Below, piece after piece: positions 35,638 through 42,074 of a DNA stretch of 42,074 bases; position 1 is the first letter of the stretch; each line of letters opens with the position of its first letter. The stretch covers positions 1 through 42,074 of the forward strand of contig CAXNHL010000001.1 in assembly GCA_964202105.1 (NCBI GenBank), written 5' to 3'. Both the position numbers and the translations under genes were made by a program. The DNA comes from Opitutales bacterium. Lineage in GTDB: Bacteria; Verrucomicrobiota; Verrucomicrobiia; Opitutales; UBA953. The notes beneath the pieces were generated by a model that did no database searches, had not been told where the DNA came from, and was given only the letters and a program-made list of their open reading frames with translations.

Positions 35638-35693
35638 TTTGGGGCTTTGATGCCCCAGCCAATCATCCGGTCTCCGGTCTCCCTTTGAGTTAT
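35638..35693 (+). repeat. copy 2 of the ~55-nt repeated intergenic element
   Basis: See copy 1. It has the same orientation and lies 122 nt upstream of the phosphoesterase start codon. Confidence 0.85.
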
Positions 35694-35707
35694 CCTTCTT
35701 CTCTTCC

Positions 35708-35741
35708 CGCCACCTGCCACCCGGGGCTGCCACCCGCCACC
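35708..35741. repeat. 34-nt perfect mirror repeat of YGCCACC heptamers
   Basis: cgccacc-tgccacc-cggggc-tgccacc-cgccacc. The sequence reads the same in both directions on one strand, so it is a mirror repeat and not a reverse-complement repeat. Confidence 0.8.
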
Positions 35742-35755
35742 TGAATTCATGCGTT

Positions 35756-35900
35756 CTGTCCTCTGTCATCCACTCAGTCCTCCACTCAGTCCTCAACGCA
35801 GTCCTCCATTCAGTCCTCTATTCAGTCCTCCGTGATCGATTCAGCCCTCTGTCCTCTGTCATCGATGCAGTCATCGACTCAGCCCCCCACCCTCTGTCAC
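35756..35900 (+). promoter_or_regulatory. array of same-orientation CWGTCMT heptamers, including exact Pho-box half-sites CTGTCAT; candidate response-regulator (PhoB-type) binding region
   Basis: Heptamers start at 35756, 35763, 35775, 35787, 35799, 35811, 35823, 35849, 35856, 35868 and 35894. Degenerate copies start at 35842 and 35880. The 15-mer ctgtcctctgtcatc occurs twice (35756 and 35849). Confidence 0.45.
35771..35830 (+). repeat. five tandem 12-nt repeats NNNYCAGTCCTC
   Basis: cactcagtcctc, cactcagtcctc, aacgcagtcctc, cattcagtcctc, tattcagtcctc. They are contiguous and in phase. Confidence 0.9.
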
Positions 35901-35905
35901 CTAAT

Positions 35906-35943
35906 CGTAACAATCGTAATGGCCTGATGTTACGATTGTTACG
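35906..35943. promoter_or_regulatory. perfect 14-bp inverted repeat (candidate operator or leader hairpin) upstream of DUF47-pit
   Basis: cgtaacaatcgtaa (35906-35919), a 10-nt spacer, then ttacgattgttacg (35930-35943). AT-rich in a GC-rich genome. Ends 67 nt upstream of the ATG at 36011. Confidence 0.5.
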
Positions 35944-36010
35944 GAATGGTGTCGAACTGGGCTTGCCCCCCTCCCCCTGCCCCACCTTGAACGGACTCAC
36001 CCAAACACCC

Positions 36011-36652
36011 ATGAAAGACTTCCTCAAGAAGGTCCTCGGTAAGGATGAAAAGTTCTACGAACTCCTCGAAGCCAGCGCCGACGAAGCGCAGAAGAGCGCG
36101 AAGTCGCTCTCGAAGCTCTACGCCCAGGTCGGCAAGCCGGACTTCGAGCAGTGCTTCACCGAGCTCGTCGTCGCCCGCCGCGTCGACAAGCGCATCGGCC
36201 TCTCGATCACCCAGGAACTCTGCCAGACCTTCGTGACCCCGCTCGAGCGCGAGGACATCGAAGCCCTCGCCAACGCCCTTTATAAGATCCCGAAGACCTG
36301 CGAGAAGATCGGCGAACGCCTCGCCATCTGCCCCTCCCAGTTCTCGACCGACATCGTCGACAAGCAGGTGCGCATGCTCGAGCAGGCCACCGAAGTCACC
36401 GCCTCCCTCGTCCGCAAGCTGCGCAAGCTCTCGAACGTCGAGGAGATCCAGGACGATTACGAGACCCTGCAGACGATCGAAGGCGACGCCGACCGCCTGA
36501 TGGTGGGCCTCCTCCGCGACCTCTACCAGGGTAACGTCGATGCCAAGGAAGTCGTCGTCCTGAAGGACATCTACGAACTCCTCGAGCGCGCGATCGACCA
36601 TTGCCGCGACGCCGGCAAGGTCGTGTTCCAGATCGCCCTCAAGTACGCCTAA
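36011..36652 (+). CDS. DUF47-family (PhoU-like) phosphate transport regulator
   Basis: 213 aa, all-helical. MKDFLKKVLGKDEKFYELLE start and an EGDADRL motif. Directly precedes a PiT transporter, as in the known orfA-pit / ykaA-pit pairs. Confidence 0.85.
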   Translation: MKDFLKKVLGKDEKFYELLEASADEAQKSAKSLSKLYAQVGKPDFEQCFTELVVARRVDKRIGLSITQELCQTFVTPLEREDIEALANALYKIPKTCEKIGERLAICPSQFSTDIVDKQVRMLEQATEVTASLVRKLRKLSNVEEIQDDYETLQTIEGDADRLMVGLLRDLYQGNVDAKEVVVLKDIYELLERAIDHCRDAGKVVFQIALKYA

Positions 36653-36673
36653 GCCCGCGCCCCGTCTCCGGCT

Positions 36674-37801
36674 ATGGATCCCTTCCTGCTGATGGTGATG
36701 GTCATCGTGGTGGCCGTGGTGTTCGAATACATCAACGGCTTCCATGACGCGGCCAACGCCATCGCGACCGTCGTCTCGACGCGCGTGCTGACGCCCCGCC
36801 AGGCGATCATGCTCGCGGCGGTGACCAACCTCTTCGGCGCCTTCTGGGGCACCGCGGTGGCGAAGACGATCTACTCCGGCTACATCGACATGGCGGGAGG
36901 GCACATCGCCATCGAAGGCATGCAGCTCGCCATCGCCTGCGGCCTGATGGGCGGCATCGTCTGGAATCTCATCACCTGGTGGTTCGGCATCCCCTCCAGT
37001 TCCTCCCACGCGCTCATCGGCGGTCTTTGCGGCGGCGTCCTCGGACTGACCCACCTGAACTGGAACAGCCTCATCTGGTCCGCGACGGATTCCGCCGGCA
37101 AGACGGTCGGCCTCTGGCCGAAGCTCATCAAGCCGATGATCATCTCGCCTTTCGTCGGCTTCACGCTCGGCGTGATCTTCATGATGCTCCTGACGATGCT
37201 CATCGTACGTCTTTCGGTCCGGCCCAGCATCGTCAGCAAGGTCTTCGGCAAGCTGCAGCTGGTCTCCGCCGGCCTGATGGGTTTTTCGCACGGCTCCAAC
37301 GACTCCCAGAAGACGGTCGGCATCATCACCTTCGCCCTCATCGTCGGCGTCGGCGCCGGGGCCTTCGATCCGGCCCACGCCCCGTCCTGGGCCCAATGGT
37401 TCAAACCTACCTTGAACGCCAAGAACGGCGTAGACCAGGTGCCGCTCTGGATCATCGCCCTCTGCGCGGTGACGATGGCCGCGGGCACCGCCGCCGGTGG
37501 CTGGCGCATCATCCGCACGATGGGCCACAAGATGGTGAAGTTGCAGCCGGTCCACGGCTTCGCGGCCGAGACCGCCGCCGCGATCACGATCACCGGCGCC
37601 TCCGAACTAGGCATCCCCCTTTCCACGACGCACGTCATCTCGACCTCCATCCTCGGCGTCGGCGCGTCGAAGCGTTTCGACGCGGTGAGATGGGGCCTGG
37701 TCGGACGTATCGTCTGGGCTTGGGTGCTGACCATCCCGATTACGTTGACGCTCGGCTATCTGTTCTTCCGAGGCTGCGTGCTGGTCGGTTGGGCGAAGTA
37801 A
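36674..37801 (+). CDS. pit: inorganic phosphate transporter, PiT family
   Basis: PHO4/PiT signatures GFHDAANAIAT and GSNDSQKT. Polytopic membrane protein. Confidence 0.92.
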   Translation: MDPFLLMVMVIVVAVVFEYINGFHDAANAIATVVSTRVLTPRQAIMLAAVTNLFGAFWGTAVAKTIYSGYIDMAGGHIAIEGMQLAIACGLMGGIVWNLITWWFGIPSSSSHALIGGLCGGVLGLTHLNWNSLIWSATDSAGKTVGLWPKLIKPMIISPFVGFTLGVIFMMLLTMLIVRLSVRPSIVSKVFGKLQLVSAGLMGFSHGSNDSQKTVGIITFALIVGVGAGAFDPAHAPSWAQWFKPTLNAKNGVDQVPLWIIALCAVTMAAGTAAGGWRIIRTMGHKMVKLQPVHGFAAETAAAITITGASELGIPLSTTHVISTSILGVGASKRFDAVRWGLVGRIVWAWVLTIPITLTLGYLFFRGCVLVGWAK

Positions 37802-37816
37802 GTCAGGGCTAGGGCC

Positions 37817-39469
37817 TTAGCGGGAACTGAGGTCTACGCCGGCCTGCTTGGCCCACGCCATCCAAGCCTCCGCGAGCTCCTTGAGCTTGGCGGGGTGCGT
37901 GGCCGCGAGGTCGTGCTGCTCGGACGGATCCTTCGAGAGGTCGAAGAGCTGCCAGGTGACGGGCGCGTTCTGGCGCTTGCCCCAGACGATCTTCCACTGG
38001 CCGAGACGATAGCCGCGCGCGCCTTCATGGGCGGTCGGGATGCCGCGCTCAGACGTCGGTTCGCCCCGCAAGTCAGGCAATAACGAACGACCGGAGACCG
38101 GGCGGATGGGCTTCCCGGCCCGTTCCCGCGGATACGTGGAGCCGGTGGCCGCAGCAATGGTGGGCAGGAGATCCATGACGTGCGCGGGCGAGCGGATCCA
38201 TTCCGTCGCAGGTTTCAGGTTCGCCGGCCACGAGACGAGCAGCGGCGCGCTAACACCGCCTTCGTGGCAGAAGTGCTTGTAGAGGTTGAGCGGCGTGTTG
38301 CCGAGGTTCGCCCAGGCGGATCCGTAGGAAGAATGCGTGCCGGCCTGGCCCATGCCGTCGAGCGCGGCGCCGACATGCAGGTCGGTGCGACCGGCGCGGG
38401 AACGTCCGTCGAAACCGAACGGGCCCCACTCGTAGCAGGCGCCATTGTCGGACGTGAACACGACGAGGGTGTTCGCGAGTTCGCCGTTGCGCTCGAGATC
38501 GGCGAGCAGTCGGCCGACGCCTTGGTCGACGTGCTCGACCATCGCGGCGAAGGTGGCCATGCGACGCGCGAGGTCTTCGCGTCGGTCCGCGGGGAGGCTG
38601 TCCCAGGCGGGGTTCGGCTTACCCGAGAATCCGTTGGCGATGGCGTCGTCCTTCTCGACGGGCACGAGCGAAAGCGGCGGCAGCACCGCGTCCGCAGCGA
38701 CGAGGCCCAGCGTCTTCATGCGGGCGAAGCGCTCGGTGCGTAGGACGTCCCAGCCCCGACGATAAGTCGCCATATGCCGGTCGATCGAAGCCTTTGGCGC
38801 CTGCACGGGGAAGTGCGGGGAAGAGTGCGCGAGGTAGAGGAACCACGGCTTGTCCTTCTGCGTCCGCGCCTGCCGCAGGAACTCGAGGGCGTAGTCAGTG
38901 AAGACATCGGTGACGTAGAACTTACCGGCCTCATAGGCGAGTTCGGCGGGCGTGCCGGCGGGCAGGCGCACGTACTCGTCCGGATTCCACTGGTCGTTGG
39001 AATGGGCCTGCAGGCTCTTGTAGCCGTAATAGGCGTCGAAGCCGCGCTGGATCGGTCCAGGCGAACCCATGTGCCACTTGCCGACCATCCAGGTGCTGTA
39101 GCCCGACTGCTTCAGGAGCTCGGGGATGGTGATGTTGTCGTCGAGCAGGTGTCCGGTGTAAGCGGGGCCGCGTTTCGGCGCGGGCTTGGCGGAGACGAAA
39201 TCACCGATGCCCGCTTCGTGCGGATGCAGGCCGGTGATGAGCGACGCGCGCGTCGGACAGCAACGCGCGGACGTATAGACTTTCTCGAATCGCGCGCCGG
39301 CTCGGGCGAGACGATCGAGGTTCGGCGTCGGAATCTCGCCGCCGTAGGAGCCGAGATCCGAGTAGCCGAGGTCGTCGGCCAGGATGACGAGCACGTTGGG
39401 ACGACGCGTCTCGGCAGCGAGTGCCGCGGCCAGGGTCAAACCGAACAGAAAGAGGAGCCGGCTCATCAC
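37817..39469 (-). CDS. secreted arylsulfatase (S1 formylglycine-dependent sulfatase)
   Basis: Signal peptide, LADDLGYSDLG, formylglycine motif CCPTRASLITG, and GKWHMG. Confidence 0.9.
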   Translation of the reverse strand: MMSRLLFLFGLTLAAALAAETRRPNVLVILADDLGYSDLGSYGGEIPTPNLDRLARAGARFEKVYTSARCCPTRASLITGLHPHEAGIGDFVSAKPAPKRGPAYTGHLLDDNITIPELLKQSGYSTWMVGKWHMGSPGPIQRGFDAYYGYKSLQAHSNDQWNPDEYVRLPAGTPAELAYEAGKFYVTDVFTDYALEFLRQARTQKDKPWFLYLAHSSPHFPVQAPKASIDRHMATYRRGWDVLRTERFARMKTLGLVAADAVLPPLSLVPVEKDDAIANGFSGKPNPAWDSLPADRREDLARRMATFAAMVEHVDQGVGRLLADLERNGELANTLVVFTSDNGACYEWGPFGFDGRSRAGRTDLHVGAALDGMGQAGTHSSYGSAWANLGNTPLNLYKHFCHEGGVSAPLLVSWPANLKPATEWIRSPAHVMDLLPTIAAATGSTYPRERAGKPIRPVSGRSLLPDLRGEPTSERGIPTAHEGARGYRLGQWKIVWGKRQNAPVTWQLFDLSKDPSEQHDLAATHPAKLKELAEAWMAWAKQAGVDLSSR

Positions 39470-40659
39470 GGTGCCAGCAGCTGCAGGCGTTTGCTCCGGT
39501 GATCGGAGTACTCTTTCAGCAACGACTCATAACGGGCATCGCCGGTGGCGCGCGCCGCCGCGCGCAGGACCGGAAGCACGTCATCATCGTTGGTCTCGTG
39601 GATCTGCTGCATCGTCCAAGGCTTGGGATTCTTGCCGAGGTAAGGCACGAGGAAATCCAACGCGACCACCAGGGAACGGCCGTCCGCGGTGCGGTGCTTC
39701 CAGAGATCGACGCCGACATGCTCGCCGAGCACGGCCAGCGCGGAGAGCGCGCGGAGATTGAAGCAGGAATAACTTAACGAGGCCGTACGGACCAGTTCCA
39801 GAGGCTGCTTACCATCCGGCTGGATCTGTACGCCGATGCGGCGCGTGGCCGCTTCTGCGCAGATTTCCTTGGCCTGGTCCTTCCGGCCGAGCAGCAGCGC
39901 CCACTTGACCGCCTGGACGTCATACCACGTGCCGTGGTTGTTCTTGGCGTCCCGCTCGTCCAAGCCGTTCTTGCTCGTGGTCAGCCATTCGAAATAAGCC
40001 GCGGCCCAGGCGAGCAGCGCCTGCTGATCGGCGGCGGACCAATGCTTGGAACCATGGAGCAAGGCGGCGGCATCGGCGGCGTCGGCGAGTCCGCGGGCTT
40101 CGAGGATACCCGTGCCGCGACCGTCGTTCACGCCGGGGATCGCCTGGGCGAAACGGAAGTGCGGCGTCATCTTGGTCGCCGGATCGAGGAACCAGGTACG
40201 CAGGATCTTGGCCGCGTGCTCGGCGTATTTCTGCTCACCGGTGAAATGATAGGCGAGGGCCAGGGTCTCGACGGAGGAGCCGACCAAGCGCGCACGCAAA
40301 GTGTCGTTCGCGGCTTCTTCGCGGGATTCGGGGTTCACCTTACCGTCCTTGCGGAGATACGGCAGCCCGTCCTTCGTGGCCGGGTCAGGCCAGAAATAAG
40401 GGGCGATGCTCATGTAGTCATGCTTGTCGCCGCTCGGCGGCACCTTCGTCTTCTGCGTCACCGAAGGCGGGACCACGGCCAAAGCCTTGTCGGCGTCGGC
40501 GATCAGTTTCTTCAACGCCTTCGCGGCAGACTCATGACCTGAGGCCGCCAAGGCCTTCGCTTTCTCCAAGGCGCCAGGACGGGCGCCATGGAAGACCGGA
40601 ACCGGCTCGGCGGCGAAGAGCGCCGTCGTGGCCAGCAGGAGCATGAGACGAAGGATCAT
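39466..40659 (-). CDS. secreted alginate-lyase-family (PF05426 / PL5-like) polysaccharide lyase
   Basis: Signal peptide, DKHDYMSIAPYFWPDP, the NNHGTWYD motif (NNH..W catalytic region) and the LVRTASLSYSCFNL (R...Y) region. 4-nt overlaps with both flanking sulfatase genes. Confidence 0.7.
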   Translation of the reverse strand: MILRLMLLLATTALFAAEPVPVFHGARPGALEKAKALAASGHESAAKALKKLIADADKALAVVPPSVTQKTKVPPSGDKHDYMSIAPYFWPDPATKDGLPYLRKDGKVNPESREEAANDTLRARLVGSSVETLALAYHFTGEQKYAEHAAKILRTWFLDPATKMTPHFRFAQAIPGVNDGRGTGILEARGLADAADAAALLHGSKHWSAADQQALLAWAAAYFEWLTTSKNGLDERDAKNNHGTWYDVQAVKWALLLGRKDQAKEICAEAATRRIGVQIQPDGKQPLELVRTASLSYSCFNLRALSALAVLGEHVGVDLWKHRTADGRSLVVALDFLVPYLGKNPKPWTMQQIHETNDDDVLPVLRAAARATGDARYESLLKEYSDHRSKRLQLLAP

Positions 40660-42074
40660 GGAGTGGTGACCGCGAGGCCGGAGACGGCGCCCTGCAAGGG
40701 CTTGAGTTCACCGTAGAGCCCGACGGGCTTGCCGTTGTCGTGGCCGACGCAGCAATCCTCGGCCGGCTGGCGCGGCAGCGTGCCCTTGGCCTTGCCGGCC
40801 ACGGCGTCCTGGCCCGCGACGACGAGCTTCATCGCGCCGTCGGCGGCGAGGCTCGCGGTGACGGCGAAAGTTCCTTTCACCTCGGTGGGCGAGAAGATCT
40901 CGACGACTTCGTCGGCACCAAGGCGGACGGCAAAGGCGACGCGGCCGCCCTTGAGGTAGAGCGCGTGGCCGATGAGCCCGCCCTGCGCGAGGATCACGGC
41001 GTCACGCTGCGCGGTCTCGACGGTGACGGCGACGGTGAAGGCCTTCTGACCGACTTGCGGCGCGGAGGCCGAAGCAATCGTGTCGCCGGGTTTCGCCTGC
41101 GCGAGCGCGGCGGACTTGGCGGCCGTCGTCTTCGCCCCCTTCTTCGCCGCCGGCTTCTTGGCGTCTTCCTTCTTCACATCGTTCGGCACGTAATCGGCCG
41201 TCGGATAAAGCGTCTTCGCGCCCTTCACTTCACCGGCTGGGCGACGCGCGGTCGGCGTCTTGCCGCCGATCTCGGCCGCCATCTTGTCGGCGAGCGCCTT
41301 CAGCTTCGCGACGACTTCAGGATGCTGCGCGGCGACGTCGGTCTGCTCGCCGATCTCGGCGTCGAGGTCGTAAAGACGCAGGCCGGCCGCGGTCTTGGCG
41401 GCCTGCTTGCCCATGCCTTCCGGCTGCGGAGAGAGCGCGAGCTTCCAGCGTCCTTGGCGGACGGCCTGCAGGTCGTAGCTAGCGAAATAATAATGCGCTT
41501 CGCGCGCGGACTCCTTCGACTGACCGAGCAGGATAGGCGTGATATCGCGGCCGTCGATGACCGGCGTCGCGGGCACGGTGCCGCCGGCGAGCGAGACAAA
41601 CGTCGGCAGGAGGTCGATCGTCGCGGCGACGGCGTCGTTGACGGATCCCGCGGGCACGCGACCCGGCCACCACGCGAGGGTCGGCACGCGCACGCCGCCT
41701 TCCCACGTCGAGCCCTTGCCGCCGCGAAGCGGACCAGCACTGCCACCATCGGTGCCCTTGGTCAGCCACGGGCCGTTGTCGGAAGTGAAGACCACGAGCG
41801 TGTCCTTATCGAGGCCCTGCGCACGCAGAGTATCGAGCACCTGGCCGACGCTCCAATCGACTTCCTCGACCCAATCGCCGAAGCGACCGTTCTGGGATTT
41901 GCCGGCGAAGGCGGCGCCCGGCCAGATCGGGGTGTGGACGGCGTTATGGGCGAAGTAGAGGTAGAAGGGTTGGTCCTTGCTGCGGGTGATGAAGTCGACG
42001 GCCTCCTTGGTATAGAGCTCCACCATGCGGCGCTGCCCTTCCCCATCCATCAGTTCCGCGACCTTCTCATCCCG
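40656..42074 (-). CDS. sulfatase with a C-terminal LamG/concanavalin-like extension; N-terminus lies beyond the window end
   Basis: Sulfatase C-terminal core (HTPIWP, VVFTSDNGPW, GGKGSTWEGGVRVP), then a Lys/Ala linker and a ~130-aa beta-rich domain. The frame stays open to position 42074 (…RDEKVAELMDGEG…), and the CxPxR region is missing from the window. Confidence 0.85.
   Translation of the reverse strand, partial: RDEKVAELMDGEGQRRMVELYTKEAVDFITRSKDQPFYLYFAHNAVHTPIWPGAAFAGKSQNGRFGDWVEEVDWSVGQVLDTLRAQGLDKDTLVVFTSDNGPWLTKGTDGGSAGPLRGGKGSTWEGGVRVPTLAWWPGRVPAGSVNDAVAATIDLLPTFVSLAGGTVPATPVIDGRDITPILLGQSKESAREAHYYFASYDLQAVRQGRWKLALSPQPEGMGKQAAKTAAGLRLYDLDAEIGEQTDVAAQHPEVVAKLKALADKMAAEIGGKTPTARRPAGEVKGAKTLYPTADYVPNDVKKEDAKKPAAKKGAKTTAAKSAALAQAKPGDTIASASAPQVGQKAFTVAVTVETAQRDAVILAQGGLIGHALYLKGGRVAFAVRLGADEVVEIFSPTEVKGTFAVTASLAADGAMKLVVAGQDAVAGKAKGTLPRQPAEDCCVGHDNGKPVGLYGELKPLQGAVSGLAVTTP

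Noticed and set aside
33401-35693. Direct repeats as attL/attR of a mobile element or genomic islet
   Set aside because: No integrase, transposase, tRNA gene or terminal inverted repeats are present, and the enclosed genes have the same composition as their surroundings. It is kept only as one hypothesis under the repeat finding.
35771-35830. Possible CRISPR array
   Set aside because: The units are only 12 nt and are contiguous with no spacers, and no cas genes are present in the window.
35749-35835. A 28-codon plus-strand ORF, MRSVLCHPLSPPLSPQRSPPFSPLFSPP, produced by the 12-nt tandem repeats (xSPx tetrapeptide repeats)
   Set aside because: There is no ribosome-binding site or other coding signal, and the repeat is better explained as DNA-level regulatory or repeat sequence. 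It would be worth revisiting only if ribosome profiling showed occupancy.
1-42074. tRNA, rRNA, tmRNA, RNase P or SRP RNA genes
   Set aside because: All spacers longer than 40 nt were read on both strands. None shows cloverleaf-compatible arms or the conserved boxes of these RNAs.

Overview
High-GC bacterial chromosomal segment. It probably comes from a Verrucomicrobiota (Opitutales-like) genome; that is an inference from the MurC-MurB fusion, the divergent FtsZ and the density of sulfatases.

Layout:
- 1-18.4 kb: a complete, very tightly packed dcw cell-division and cell-wall cluster on the minus strand, in the order mraZ-rsmH-ftsL-ftsI-murE-murF-mraY-murD-[LysM lipoprotein]-ftsW-murG-murC/murB fusion-ddl-ftsQ-ftsA-ftsZ. 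The first codons of a SufS-like gene follow at the left edge.
- 18.4-22 kb (plus strand): a small lipoprotein, aroC, a degenerate CobW/G3E-like P-loop protein and an LpxL-family acyltransferase.
- 22-31.8 kb (minus strand): cinA, holA, purB, PPi-dependent PFK, a FecR-domain secreted protein, tmk, holB, then an ECF sigma / putative anti-sigma / periplasmic helical-repeat module.
- 31.9-33.3 kb: uvrC.
- 33.4-37.8 kb, the most unusual part: a two-gene minus-strand module (PlcP/LpxH-like metallophosphoesterase plus a UgtP/MGDG-synthase-like GT28 glycosyltransferase) is flanked by two copies of a ~55-nt element. It is divergent from a DUF47(PhoU-like)-PiT phosphate transporter operon. The shared 494-bp control region contains an array of Pho-box-like heptamers (including five 12-nt tandem repeats), a mirror repeat and a perfect 14-bp inverted repeat.
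- 37.8-42.1 kb: a sulfatase / alginate-lyase-family / sulfatase(+LamG-like) glycan-degradation cluster, cut by the window end.

No rRNA, tRNA, CRISPR array, transposase or integrase was recognised. Many very long ORFs in the track are antisense artefacts of the GC-rich codon usage. All family assignments come from motif recognition by eye; no database search was run.
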